Below are positions 9,908-20,154 of a stretch of DNA of 64,000 nucleotides, one piece after another. How positions within the stretch are numbered: the first letter of the stretch is position 1; every line of letters begins with the position of its first letter. The notes below the pieces were generated by a model, which was given only the letters and a program-made list of their open reading frames with translations, did not search any database and was not told the origin of the DNA. The stretch covers positions 1,568,001-1,632,000 of the forward strand of contig OY762209.1 in NCBI GenBank assembly GCA_963665295.1, in the 5' to 3' direction. The translations under genes were made by a program, and so were the position numbers. Source of the stretch: Syntrophorhabdaceae bacterium. GTDB lineage: Bacteria > Desulfobacterota > Syntrophorhabdia > Syntrophorhabdales > Syntrophorhabdaceae.

Positions 9908-11551
9908 CTAATCCGCCAGCTTCTTCCTGATATCCTCCTTCAAGGCCTTTTTGTCGGCTTTCCCCACATTAGTGAGGGGGATCTTGTCTATCAGCTCGAT
10001 CCTCTCGGGCAGTTGGAGCACCGACGCGCCGCATCCCTTGAGATAGGATATGAGGTCCTGAAAGGCCAATGCCGCCCCTTCCCTTAGCTGGATATACGCG
10101 CATATGCGCTCACCCAGGGCCTTGTCGGGCATGCCGATGACCGCCACATCGACGACGTCGGGGTGGGAGCTGATCAAACGCTCGATCCCGACGGCGCTTA
10201 TCGTTTCTCCGCCGCGGAGGATGGTCTCCTTGATCCTTCCGGTAATGGTAATGATGCCGGATTCATCAACTTTGGCCAGGTCTCCGGTCTTAAAGAACCC
10301 ATCTTCCGTGAACGTCTTTTTATTGTCCTCCGCGGACTTGAAGTAGCCACTGAAGACGTTCGGCCCTTTTATGGTAAGCTCCCCTTCGTGGCCGGCCGGC
10401 GCCTCGCTTCCGTACTGGTCGAGGATTCTTATCTTTGTATAGGGGCAGTCCTTCTTTCCCACCGTGGTGCAGATTGTCTCTATGTCCGAGTCGAGGCGCG
10501 TCATCGAACCCGGGCCTTCGGCGGAACCGAAGGCGTTTACGAACTTGCAGCGCAGCCTGGCGTAGACGCTCCTTACCAGTTCCGGCGTGCTGGGAGCGCC
10601 GCCTGCGTAGATCTTCTTCAAGGAACTGAGGTCATAATCCCCCAGGTTTTCGAGTGTCACAATTCTCTGGACCAGGGCAGGGACGGTGGGGAAGGCGGTC
10701 ACCTTTTCCCGTTCTATGACCCTGCAGATGTCATCGGCCTCCGTGGAATCAGTGAGGACATACTTGGCATAGTTGAAAAACGCGCCTCCCACCCCGTTGT
10801 GCATGGCCTGAGCGTGGCTGACGGGCGCAACGGTGAGCACCACGTCGTTGCTCGTGACCTCCCACGCCCTGGAGTGGTACTCCACGCTCGCAATATAGTC
10901 GTTATGGGTCCGGGGAACCGCTTTAGGCAGGCCTGTCGTGCCGCCGGTAAGGAGTATCATCGATACTTCCATGGGATCGGGACGTCTGTCTTCGAGGATC
11001 GCAAGGGAGGCGCGAGTCGGTTCGCCCTTCTCCATGAGCGTCTCCAACGGAGTATAAGCCTCGTATTCCGGCGATCTGACGGATATGAGGTGAGTAAGGC
11101 CCTTATGCTCTTCCCGCACCTTCCGGAGAAGAGGCAGGTACTCCACGTTTCTGTACCGGTCCGGACCGACCCACGCCCTGGGATGGGTAAGGCCGCACAC
11201 GTGTGCGATCTCCGCGAGTCCATGGCGGGCGATGAGAAGGACCGGAATGGCCCCTATCTTTTGCAGCGCATAGAAGGTGATGATATACTCGTGCCAGTTC
11301 GGAATCTGGAGGAGAACGAAATCCCGCTCTTCTATACCCAGGCCTATGAAGCCTATTGCGAGTCGATCGACCTTCTCGCGAAGGACCCCATAGGTGAAGC
11401 GGGAGGAATCGTCGGCGAGACATTCCTTATCGGGATAGAGATCTGTCGCCTTGTCGAACATGTCTCCCCAGGTGAGGCCCAACCAGTGTCTTCGTGTGTT
11501 GTATCCCTCGATGTCTTCCGGCCTGTAGGGTTCAAAACCTTCGATGGGCAT
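9908..11551 (-). CDS. AMP-forming aryl/acyl-CoA ligase (EntE/DHB-AMP-ligase-like)
   Basis: TGGTTGLPK P-loop, FGSAEG, FKTGDL, GRIKE, PLTNVGK; ATG 11551 with GGAGG. Confidence 0.85.
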   Translation of the reverse strand: MPIEGFEPYRPEDIEGYNTRRHWLGLTWGDMFDKATDLYPDKECLADDSSRFTYGVLREKVDRLAIGFIGLGIEERDFVLLQIPNWHEYIITFYALQKIGAIPVLLIARHGLAEIAHVCGLTHPRAWVGPDRYRNVEYLPLLRKVREEHKGLTHLISVRSPEYEAYTPLETLMEKGEPTRASLAILEDRRPDPMEVSMILLTGGTTGLPKAVPRTHNDYIASVEYHSRAWEVTSNDVVLTVAPVSHAQAMHNGVGGAFFNYAKYVLTDSTEADDICRVIEREKVTAFPTVPALVQRIVTLENLGDYDLSSLKKIYAGGAPSTPELVRSVYARLRCKFVNAFGSAEGPGSMTRLDSDIETICTTVGKKDCPYTKIRILDQYGSEAPAGHEGELTIKGPNVFSGYFKSAEDNKKTFTEDGFFKTGDLAKVDESGIITITGRIKETILRGGETISAVGIERLISSHPDVVDVAVIGMPDKALGERICAYIQLREGAALAFQDLISYLKGCGASVLQLPERIELIDKIPLTNVGKADKKALKEDIRKKLAD

Positions 11552-11640
11552 ATGAAACCTCCTGACTTTTGGAAGAACCCCTCTCAATCCGCCATGTTAC
11601 CCCCAGAGGTTCTCGTGATAAAACTGAAGTTCTATTTGTC

Positions 11641-11669
11641 GTTTTATCACGGTAAAACAGGTTTGTCAA
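11641..11669 (-). promoter_or_regulatory. Putative sigma70 promoter for ligase 9908-11551
   Basis: Minus strand TTGACA-N17-TAAAAC with TGn extension. Confidence 0.55.
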
Positions 11670-11942
11670 GAAAAAGGAAGGGCAAAAAAGGAAGGGCGGT
11701 GAGGTCCCCGGAACAAGGCGCACGAAGGGCTTTCGGCCCATGGCGTCGCAGGTCGATCAAAGAACACGGCGGGCTTATAAAGAGATCAAAACGACGTCGG
11801 CGCGCACAGGCCGCCCCGTTCCCATACGGGCTTTCAAGACAGGGCGGTATTCCCCGGCAGGAAAGGTCCGGACGTCCGAGCTTTGCCGCTTTACCGAGCC
11901 GGTGAGGCTTTGCCGGACCTTCTGCCGCGGTGGGGGGGATGT

Positions 11943-12722
11943 TTATTTGCCTTTAAACTCAGGCTTCCGTTTGTCTATAAAGGCCTGGAAACCCTCTCTG
12001 CCGTCTTCCGACACGTAGGTGACGACGAAGCATTCGTTTTCGTAGGTAATGGCCGACTGAAGGTCCATGTTCATGCCGTTGTCGATGACGTTCTTGAGCA
12101 CGCTCAGGGCTACCTTCGGCTTTGCGGCGAGTTTCTTTGCCCATGCCTTCGCCTCGTCGAGGAGTGCCTCCTTGGGGACGGCCTTGTTGACGAGCCCTAT
12201 ACGGGCCGCCTCTTCTCCGCTCACGGTCTCACCCATGAAGAGAAGCTCTTTTGCCTTGGCGATCCCGATGAGCCTCGGGAGCCTCTGGGTGCCGCCGGAA
12301 CCGGGTATTATTCCGAGGTTTACCTCGGGGCAGCCGATGGACGCGTCGTTTGCGGCGATTCTCAGGTCGCATGCAAGGGCAAGCTCGCACCCTCCGCCGA
12401 AAACGAAGCCGAAAAGGGCGGCAATAGTGGGTTTCTCGACGTTGGCCACCTTATCGAGACACATCCGGGAGACCCGACCGAAGGCGAAATAGTCGGGGAT
12501 CGTTTTGCCCGCCACCTCTTTCACATCGAGACCCGCGGCAAAAGCCTTTCCACCCTCGCCTGTCAGCACGATGGCCCCGATCGATGCGTCCTTCTCCAAT
12601 TCGCAAAAGGCGTCGTAAATGTCGCCGTATGCTTTCACGTTAAGCGAATTGACGGGCGGCCTGTTCAGCTTGATTACCGCAATGTTTCCTTCCTTCTCAA
12701 CCAGCAATGTTTCGTAACCCAT
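11943..12722 (-). CDS. Enoyl-CoA hydratase/crotonase family protein
   Basis: AFAAGLD, GGGCELALACD, PEVNLGIIPGSGGTQRLPR (both catalytic Glu present). Confidence 0.92.
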   Translation of the reverse strand: MGYETLLVEKEGNIAVIKLNRPPVNSLNVKAYGDIYDAFCELEKDASIGAIVLTGEGGKAFAAGLDVKEVAGKTIPDYFAFGRVSRMCLDKVANVEKPTIAALFGFVFGGGCELALACDLRIAANDASIGCPEVNLGIIPGSGGTQRLPRLIGIAKAKELLFMGETVSGEEAARIGLVNKAVPKEALLDEAKAWAKKLAAKPKVALSVLKNVIDNGMNMDLQSAITYENECFVVTYVSEDGREGFQAFIDKRKPEFKGK

Positions 12723-12766
12723 ATGAACCTCCTTGATATAGTTTTGTCTTCTTTCAGTAACCTTCC

Positions 12767-14407
12767 CTACGCTCCCATGCGCCCCTTGATATCCTCCCTG
12801 AGCGCCTTCTTATCCACCTTACCTACCTTGGTCGCGGGAAGCTCCTCTATGAACTCGATCCTCTCGGGAAGCTGCTGGACCGATGCGCCCGATTGTTTCA
12901 GAAAGGCGACGATCTCTTCAAAGGTCGCCTTCATGCCCTGCCTTAAGACTACGTAGGCGCATATCCTCTCCCCCAGTATGGGGTCGGGCATGCCTACCAC
13001 CGCGGCCTCCCGGACAGCAGGGTGGGCGCTCATCCTGTGCTCTATGTCGAGGGCGCTTATCTTCTCGCCCCCGCGGTTGATGATGTCCTTGATCCTCCCC
13101 GTGATGGTGATGTTGCCGAAGGCGTCCTTTCTCGCCTTGTCCCCGGTCTTGAAGTGACCGTCGGGGGTGAAGGTCTCCGCGTTCTCCTCTGCGGACCTGA
13201 AGTACCCCGTGAAGATGCCCGGGCCCTTGGACACGAGCTCTCCCTCCACTCCGGGGGGACACTCGTTGCCTGCCTCGTCGATGATGATGATGGAGTCGTA
13301 GGGACAGGCGGGCCTCCCCACGCTGTTGCAGATCACCTCGATGGAGTCGCCCGGCCTTGTGGCCATGTTGGTGCCCTCGGAAGAACCGAACCCGTTGATG
13401 AAGGTGCAGCCCAGCGTGTCATAGACGGTGCGCACGAGTTCAGGGGTGCTCGGAGCCCCTCCCACGGATATCTTCTTCAAGGAGGAGAGGTCGTAGTCCT
13501 TGAGGTTCTCCATGTGCACCATGCGCGTGATGAGGGCGGGGACGGAGGGAAAGGCGGTGACCTTCTCCTTCTCCACCCATGTACAGATGTCCTCGGGGGC
13601 GGTGGAGTCGAGGAGCACGAGCTTCGCGAAATTGAGGAGGGCCGCCCCTATGCCCCAGTGCATGGCCATGGAATGGCCCACGGGGGTGATGACCATGATC
13701 GTGTCGTTGCTCGTGATCTCCCATGCCCTCGCATGGTATTCGATATTGGTGATGTAGCTGTTGTGGGTCCTTACCGACGCCTTAGGCAGACCCGTGGTGC
13801 CTCCCGTGGGCATGATGTGGGAGACCTCGTCGGGATCGGGCCTTCTTTCTTCCAGTTCCTTAAGGTTCTCCTTCGTAAGGGTCACCTCGCCTATGAGGTC
13901 GTCCATGGTAGGGTAGCGCCCCTTTTTGGCGCGGACCTGGATCACCTCTTTCAACTGGGGGTTCTCCTTGAGTACATCATCGATAATGGGCTGGTAGTCG
14001 ATCTTCCCGTACTGTTCGGGGAGTATCCATGCCACGGGCCTGGTGAGTCCCGCGAAGTGCTTGATCTCCGTCTGGTTGTGGCGGGGGATGAGGAGCACGG
14101 TCAAGGCCCCGATCTTCTGCATGGCGAAGTAGGAGATGATATACTCGTGCCAGTTGGGAAACTGGAGGAGGACCCAGTCCTTCGATTTCACGCCCCGCCT
14201 CATGAGGCTTATGGCGAGACGGTCCACCTTCTCCCTTACCTCCCGGTAGGTCCACCTCCCTACGCCGTCCACGAGGCCGATCTTGTCGGGATAGATGTCC
14301 GAGGCCTTGTCCACAAGGTCGGACCACGTCATCCCGAGCCACCACCTTCTCAGGTTGTATTTCTCCCTGTCCCCGGCTGCATACTCCGTGAAGCCTTCTA
14401 TTGCCAT
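12767..14407 (-). CDS. AMP-forming aryl/acyl-CoA ligase, paralog of 9908-11551
   Basis: TGGTTGLPK, FGSSEG, FKTGD, GRIKD, PATKVGK; ATG 14407 with GGAGG. Confidence 0.85.
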   Translation of the reverse strand: MAIEGFTEYAAGDREKYNLRRWWLGMTWSDLVDKASDIYPDKIGLVDGVGRWTYREVREKVDRLAISLMRRGVKSKDWVLLQFPNWHEYIISYFAMQKIGALTVLLIPRHNQTEIKHFAGLTRPVAWILPEQYGKIDYQPIIDDVLKENPQLKEVIQVRAKKGRYPTMDDLIGEVTLTKENLKELEERRPDPDEVSHIMPTGGTTGLPKASVRTHNSYITNIEYHARAWEITSNDTIMVITPVGHSMAMHWGIGAALLNFAKLVLLDSTAPEDICTWVEKEKVTAFPSVPALITRMVHMENLKDYDLSSLKKISVGGAPSTPELVRTVYDTLGCTFINGFGSSEGTNMATRPGDSIEVICNSVGRPACPYDSIIIIDEAGNECPPGVEGELVSKGPGIFTGYFRSAEENAETFTPDGHFKTGDKARKDAFGNITITGRIKDIINRGGEKISALDIEHRMSAHPAVREAAVVGMPDPILGERICAYVVLRQGMKATFEEIVAFLKQSGASVQQLPERIEFIEELPATKVGKVDKKALREDIKGRMGA

Positions 14408-14524
14408 ATGGTGCCTCCTGCCCTGGAATCTGTCCCCTGCGAGGAAGTCGTCGTGGATCTCTTCAGGAAAGCGGGTCAACCGCGCCCATAAGACTCACGA
14501 ACCGGGACGCCGATTCCACCTGTG

Positions 14525-14584
14525 GTCCATCCACTGAAATCGACGTTCATTAGATGATATTATCATGTAGGGGATTTTTGTCAA
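14525..14584 (-). promoter_or_regulatory. Sigma70 promoter with tandem putative IclR operators
   Basis: TTGACA-N16-TAATAT (14557-14584, minus); GTCCA-N5-TGAAA at 14525 and GTTCA-N5-TGATA at 14545. Confidence 0.6.
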
Positions 14585-14665
14585 GAGAAAAAAGACCGGC
14601 GAGGAACAGGCAGGGAGCCGCGGCGGACTTCCCGTTCCCGCGGTTCCCGAGCCGTTCTGCGAAAT

Positions 14666-15679
14666 CTATTTCTGGTGTGCGTTTATGTAATCAACGCAGA
14701 ATTTGAGGCCTTCTTCGCCGGGCAGCCCTTTGCCCTTGACCTCTTTGGCATATCCGTCAATGATGGGTTTTACCTTTGCCGCCCATTTCGCGTTCTCCTC
14801 CTTGGAGAGGGAGATGATCTTGTTGCCCCGTTTTATGGTGAAGTCCTTGCCTTCCTTGTCTATCTCGTCCCATACCTTCGCCTGCTTGTCTATCCACTCC
14901 TGGCTCACTTCGTCCATCACCTTCTGGACGTCCGGGGGCAGCTTGTTCCACTTCGACTTGTTCATGATGACGAACATGGCCGCTGTGTAGGCGCTGCCGT
15001 AACACTCCGTGCTCGAGTTGATGACCTCGCCCCATTTCCAGCCCTTGAGGGCCTCGTAAGGGGCCATGGAACCGTCGACTACGCCGGTCCGCAGGGCGTC
15101 GTAGGTCTCAGGCATGGTCGCCCCTACGGGGGAGCCGCCCAGAGCCTGGACGATGGGAACCACGGTCCCCTGTGCCCTGATCTTCATGCCCCGAAGGTCT
15201 TCGAGTTTGGCGACGGGTTTCTTGGTATGGAGGATGCCCGGGCCGTGGCCATGGAGATACAGAACATGAACTTCGTCGAGTTCTTTCGGTTTGAACTTCT
15301 TGAAATACTCGTTTACGAGCCCTGTCGCCACAGCGGCGCTCCGGTATCCGAGAGGCATGTCGATCATGCCCATCATGGGAAATTTGCCCCTTGTATAGCC
15401 GAACACGCTGAAGCCGATGTCCGCGATGCCTTTGACTACGTTATCATAGGTCTGAGCGGCGGGGGTCAGGGTCCCGCCGGGGAAATAGGCGATTTTGACC
15501 TTGCCGTTCGTCCTCTTCTCCACTTCCTTGCACCACTGGTCAGCGAGGATGCTGTTCTTGTGCGGGGCGGGGAAGAAGTTGGAATAGTTGAGCTGGATCG
15601 TTTGCGCATGCCCGCTTGATGCCATGAAAACCAGGACAAAAAAGGAAACCACTACGGTAAAAGCAAGACACTTTCTCAT
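14666..15679 (-). CDS. dctP: TRAP transporter substrate-binding protein
   Basis: Signal peptide; PGGTL, GIADIG, LRGMKIR, YDALRTGVVDG. Confidence 0.9.
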   Translation of the reverse strand: MRKCLAFTVVVSFFVLVFMASSGHAQTIQLNYSNFFPAPHKNSILADQWCKEVEKRTNGKVKIAYFPGGTLTPAAQTYDNVVKGIADIGFSVFGYTRGKFPMMGMIDMPLGYRSAAVATGLVNEYFKKFKPKELDEVHVLYLHGHGPGILHTKKPVAKLEDLRGMKIRAQGTVVPIVQALGGSPVGATMPETYDALRTGVVDGSMAPYEALKGWKWGEVINSSTECYGSAYTAAMFVIMNKSKWNKLPPDVQKVMDEVSQEWIDKQAKVWDEIDKEGKDFTIKRGNKIISLSKEENAKWAAKVKPIIDGYAKEVKGKGLPGEEGLKFCVDYINAHQK

Positions 15680-15768
15680 ACCTAACCCCTCCTTTTTATC
15701 GGCTACTCACGGGCCGTATGCCCGTGGCATTTGACTTGGCATGGACCTGATCTTTCAGTCTATCAATT

Positions 15769-17058
15769 TTACAATACGCCGGGTATGATGTTGCCCCCGG
15801 AAGGGAAGATCGCCACATCCGCGCTCGAGACGGTCCTCGATGCGATGTCGATGGCGTCGCGGAGAGTCCGTGCGTGGGTGAACTTCATCATTTTCACCTC
15901 CTCCGCGGTAAGCCCCTCCGTCACGTGGATGACGTGGAACATTTCCGCCAGTTCTTTGAAGAAGACGATCTGCATGATATAAGAGATACCGAAGGACCTG
16001 AGTTCATCGGGTATGTCGCCCCGTATGAGGCGGCGGTGGAAATCGCTCGCCGACTCCGAACTGGCCATTTCCTTCATGAGAGGCATGATGGGGCCCGCCC
16101 CCTGGCGCTGGGGCGCCACCCAGATGATGGTGCCCCCGGAACGGGTGCAGAATTTTGCCATGGTAAGGGACTTCGTGGCCTGGACCGCGACTTCCAGGGG
16201 GAACGCGGAGGTGATGGTGACGTCGGCCATCTTCGGCATGGGCACCCAGTAAAGGGACGAGGCGAATGTGGCGGCCTCAAGGTGCTCCGCCATGGTCTCC
16301 CCCGCAAAGGCGCGGATGATCTCTTTCTTGTCGTTCATCACGAGGTCGAGTTTGAAGGCGATGCGGGCGAGACGGCCCGCGTCCACGATCTCCTCGTAGA
16401 AACCATTACCCTGGGTCATGTTGACCTTGCTGTACCGGTGGCGCATCCAGGTAAAATGATGGTCCGCCACCGCCCTGTACGACGAGACACCGGGCATGAT
16501 GATCTTGAATCCTCCGCCGAATCCCGCGCAGGGATGGGGCATGCACTCGCCCACGCCCAGGATGAGATCGGCGGCAGCCACATAGGGGTTCACCTCAACG
16601 GTGATTCCCCGGTGGGTCTTGCCGATAACGATGTTTTCCGCAGAGTAGGGGTCGTGAGAAAAGACCCGTCCGGGCAGGCGCAGGATGACATCCCTGCCCA
16701 CCTTGGTCTCCAGTTGCTCGAGGGTATAGGCGGGATGGGTCCCGATGGCGCAGACCGCCGTTACCCTGGAATCGGGTATGCCCGCCCGGTTCAGCCGGTC
16801 AAGGATCTCGGGGATCGCAAGATGTGCGGGGGTCGGACGCTGGAGGTCGTCGAAGAGGAGTGCCACGTCCATACCCGGTTTTGCGATCTCCTCGATCCGG
16901 GGCGAGCCTATGGGATTGTCCAGGGCCCGCCTGATCTCTTCTAACGGGTCCGCCACGCCGGGGACCGAAGGCCGGTCCTCGGCGGTCATCACCTTCCACC
17001 CTGCGGGGAGTTCGAAGCAGATCTTCTCTCCCTCACAGATCACATATCTTTCTTCCAC
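15769..17058 (-). CDS. LarA-family (nickel-pincer cofactor) 2-hydroxy acid racemase/epimerase homolog
   Basis: ALDNPIG, DDLQRPTP, GTH, H.CAGFGGGFK.IMPG, Q..K motifs of the LarA family. Confidence 0.8.
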   Translation of the reverse strand: MEERYVICEGEKICFELPAGWKVMTAEDRPSVPGVADPLEEIRRALDNPIGSPRIEEIAKPGMDVALLFDDLQRPTPAHLAIPEILDRLNRAGIPDSRVTAVCAIGTHPAYTLEQLETKVGRDVILRLPGRVFSHDPYSAENIVIGKTHRGITVEVNPYVAAADLILGVGECMPHPCAGFGGGFKIIMPGVSSYRAVADHHFTWMRHRYSKVNMTQGNGFYEEIVDAGRLARIAFKLDLVMNDKKEIIRAFAGETMAEHLEAATFASSLYWVPMPKMADVTITSAFPLEVAVQATKSLTMAKFCTRSGGTIIWVAPQRQGAGPIMPLMKEMASSESASDFHRRLIRGDIPDELRSFGISYIMQIVFFKELAEMFHVIHVTEGLTAEEVKMMKFTHARTLRDAIDIASRTVSSADVAIFPSGGNIIPGVL

Positions 17059-17061
17059 GAC

Positions 17062-18060
17062 TCACCTCCCCGTGGTCAGCAGTTTCTTCAACTCCGGACC
17101 GGTCTTGGGGTTCTTCTGGATAATGTCTTTCCAGCCCTCTTCATATCCCACTTTGAGGAATTTCTGTTTTTCCGCGGCCGGCAGATCGATGACCTGAAGG
17201 CCTTCCTTAAGCAGGATGGGCCGCTCCTGTTTGGCGAGGTCGTCGAAATAGGCAACTGCCCTCTTCTCCGCCTCTGCTGCCGCTTCGGTGAGGAGGTCTT
17301 TGAATTTCTTGGGAAGGTTGTTCCACGTCTTGAGGTTCATAACGAGAGGATTCGGCACCTGGTAGAAACCCGGTTCCACGATATATTTCACCTGCTTCTG
17401 CCATCCCCAGTCGCGGATACCCACGGCAGGCCAGCAAAAACCGTCCACCACATTTCTCTCAAGGGCAGGATATACTTCCGTGGGTGGGATTACCACGGGG
17501 TTCCCGCCAAGACCCTTGATAATCTGGAGGTACATGGGGGAGACCCTGATGTTGAGGCCCTTCAGGTCCGCGGTGTGTATGGGTTTCTTGAGGTAGAGAA
17601 AGAATTTCTCACCGAGACCGAGCCTTCCCAGGAGATAGAGTCCCTTTTTTTCGTGAAGGTCGTTCATGTACTTCCAGGCGCCTTTCGCGCGCTCCTGCGC
17701 AGGGGTAAATTCGGAGAGTTTGTACGCGTCAACCTCGGGAAGCACCGACACGTAGTAGGCGTTGGTGGTGTATACCATATCCACCATGCCCCGCTGCGCC
17801 GCCTGGATCTGGTCCGTGCTCTTCACCGCCTCGGGTCCGCCCACATAGTTGATCTTCAACTCGCCCGGATATTTCTTCGCCGTCATTTGTTCGACGAGGT
17901 CGGTGAAGATAAAGAAGGACTTGTTCTCACTCGATGTCTTGGGCCACCCTGTGACTGCTTTGAGGGTGATCGTCTCGGCCCTTGCGGGCATGACCGTTGC
18001 GCCAAGGACCGAAAAGGCGAAGAGAGCCGCCAGAACCACAAACGCTAATCTTTTTCCCAT
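17062..18060 (-). CDS. dctP: TRAP transporter substrate-binding protein
   Basis: Signal peptide from ATG 18060 (GGAGG RBS); LKGLNIR, EVYPALERNVVDG. Confidence 0.88.
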   Translation of the reverse strand: MGKRLAFVVLAALFAFSVLGATVMPARAETITLKAVTGWPKTSSENKSFFIFTDLVEQMTAKKYPGELKINYVGGPEAVKSTDQIQAAQRGMVDMVYTTNAYYVSVLPEVDAYKLSEFTPAQERAKGAWKYMNDLHEKKGLYLLGRLGLGEKFFLYLKKPIHTADLKGLNIRVSPMYLQIIKGLGGNPVVIPPTEVYPALERNVVDGFCWPAVGIRDWGWQKQVKYIVEPGFYQVPNPLVMNLKTWNNLPKKFKDLLTEAAAEAEKRAVAYFDDLAKQERPILLKEGLQVIDLPAAEKQKFLKVGYEEGWKDIIQKNPKTGPELKKLLTTGR

Positions 18061-18164
18061 TGCAAACCTCCTCTTTTTTAGTGATATACCTTCCAGCTTT
18101 CTTTTGCAACCTTCTTTTTTTGTGGGGTTCACCCCCTTTTCCTTCTGCATCCTCTCACGCCCCT

Positions 18165-19484
18165 CTATTTCATACCCATAAGATTCGGCACCACAGTCGC
18201 GAGGAAGGGCATGGCGAGGACGAGGGCGATGCACACCATATCGATAATCACGTAGGGGGTGACCGCCTTCCATATATCCGCCATGCTTACGTCGGGGGGC
18301 GCCACGCCCTTCATTACGAAGAGGGTCACCCCGAAGGGCGGTGTGATCAGCCCCGTTTCAAGGGTAATGAGCATGAGCACCCCGAACCAGACCGTGTTGT
18401 AGCCGAAGGCGTTGATGACGGGCATGTATATGGGGATGGTAATCATCATTATGGCCACCGTTTCCATGAAGCAACCCATGATAAGGACCACTGCCAGCAT
18501 ACTGATGACGATCACCATAGGTGGGATGGTGAGGCTCGTGATGAACCCCGTCATGCCCGAGGCTGCGCCGGAGAAGGCGAGGATTTCGCCGTAGGTGCTG
18601 GAAACAATGATGATCATGAATATCATTACCGTGACCTTGACCGTGCCCATGACCGATTTCCTGAAGACGTCCCAACTGAGACGTCCGTAGATCAGGGCGA
18701 GGACAAAGGAACCCAGTGTGCCAGTGGCCGCCGCTTCCGTGGGTGTCGCCACCCCGAGGAATATGAGGCCGATTACCATGAAAATGATGAAGCCGAGGGG
18801 CAGAAGGTATTGGACGGTTACCCGCACCTTCTCCTTCAGGGGCACGTGGGGCACATCATACATGGGCGCTTCCTTGGGAAACATGTGGCACCAGGTGATG
18901 ACGAAGACAAAATAAAGGCCGGACATGATCATACCGGGCAATATGCCCGCAATGAGGAGTTGTCCCACATCGATATTTGCGAGGCTTGCGAGGACCACGG
19001 TAAGCGCGTTGGGAGGGATGAGGGCGTCAACCGTCCCTACCCCCATGAGGGGGCCGAGGCTCATATTCTTGCTGTAACCCCTTTTCAGCATGTCGGGAAG
19101 GAGAATGGTACCGAGGAGGGCGCACGTGGCGATAGTGGAGCCGCTCAATGCGCCTATGATTACCCCCATGATCACGGCGAGTATGGAAAGCCTCCCCCGG
19201 ACCTTGCCGAGCCATTTGTCGAGTACGTTCACCGCGTCGAGGCCGAGGCCGGAATGGAAGATCAACTCTCCCATGAGGATAAAGAAGGGCACGGGAAGGA
19301 GGGTGAAGGTGGTAATGGAGGTAAAGACCCCGGTGGCGACACCCATGAGTCCGGGTATCCCGCCGAGGAAAAAGTAGGCGGCCACCATGTTGACCACGAG
19401 AAAGGCAAAGGCTATGGGCAGGTTCGTGAGGAGCAGAAATACCATGCCCCCGAAGAGCAGGCTGATAATGAGCCACCATTCCAT
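18165..19484 (-). CDS. dctM: TRAP transporter large permease
   Basis: Very hydrophobic; VPFFILMG, ALSGS, LIPP, TPTEAA, GLITPPFG motifs. Confidence 0.92.
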   Translation of the reverse strand: MEWWLIISLLFGGMVFLLLTNLPIAFAFLVVNMVAAYFFLGGIPGLMGVATGVFTSITTFTLLPVPFFILMGELIFHSGLGLDAVNVLDKWLGKVRGRLSILAVIMGVIIGALSGSTIATCALLGTILLPDMLKRGYSKNMSLGPLMGVGTVDALIPPNALTVVLASLANIDVGQLLIAGILPGMIMSGLYFVFVITWCHMFPKEAPMYDVPHVPLKEKVRVTVQYLLPLGFIIFMVIGLIFLGVATPTEAAATGTLGSFVLALIYGRLSWDVFRKSVMGTVKVTVMIFMIIIVSSTYGEILAFSGAASGMTGFITSLTIPPMVIVISMLAVVLIMGCFMETVAIMMITIPIYMPVINAFGYNTVWFGVLMLITLETGLITPPFGVTLFVMKGVAPPDVSMADIWKAVTPYVIIDMVCIALVLAMPFLATVVPNLMGMK

Positions 19485-19487
19485 GGG

Positions 19488-19982
19488 CTACCTCCCTTCC
19501 CTGATCCCGGTAAGCCTGTCCCACGCCATCCGGAAGAACTGGATGGCAAGAAGGATGCTGCCGATGGGGATGATGATGAAGATAGCTGCCTTGGGAACGG
19601 TCACCGCCCTTACGTCGGTTACCCCGTTTATGATACTGTCAATGGTGTATTCAGCGCCGAAGTAGACCATAATGGCCGAGACGAGCCCGCCCACCACGCC
19701 CATGATGAAATTGAGCCAATGTTTGGCCTTCTCCGTGAGGTGAACATATATGATGTCCGTGGTGATATGGCCGCCTTCCCGGAGGAGCCAGGCGGTTGCA
19801 AGAAAGACGATCCAGAGAAGGGCATATTCGGTGGTCTGAATGATCCATATGGTCGTCTGTTTGAAAAAGAACCGCATACCGATGGTATAGCAGACCGCTG
19901 CCACGATGAAGACGAGTATTACCCCTGCTGCGCCCGCCATCACGTCCAGGAGTTTGTCGAAGAACCGCCAGAACACCTTCAT
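19488..19982 (-). CDS. dctQ: TRAP transporter small permease
   Basis: 4 TM segments, GGHITTD motif, adjacent to dctM. Confidence 0.88.
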   Translation of the reverse strand: MKVFWRFFDKLLDVMAGAAGVILVFIVAAVCYTIGMRFFFKQTTIWIIQTTEYALLWIVFLATAWLLREGGHITTDIIYVHLTEKAKHWLNFIMGVVGGLVSAIMVYFGAEYTIDSIINGVTDVRAVTVPKAAIFIIIPIGSILLAIQFFRMAWDRLTGIREGR

Positions 19983-20154
19983 TAAACGTACCTCCTCGCA
20001 CACGAAAGTAAAACGTATCTGTTTCGACGGTCAGAGGACCGACCTCCCTGCCCGTATCTCGCGAGTCTTCAGCCTTGCAAAAAAGGGTATCCCTTCCCAC
20101 AAGGGTACGACCGGGCCTTCCCTCTTGCCTTCAGGAAGAGCGCCCGTAATAAAT

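Noticed and set aside
10163..11905. Long antisense ORFs (also 13022-14491, 17997-19985, 22873-24210, 40969-42630, 55637-57682)
   Set aside because: They mirror well-supported genes on the opposite strand and show no motifs; such shadow ORFs are expected in GC-rich coding DNA
9908..14407. Siderophore/NRPS pathway suggested by EntE-like ligases
   Set aside because: No carrier protein, NRPS or isochorismate genes; the context (crotonase, TRAP, IclR) is catabolic
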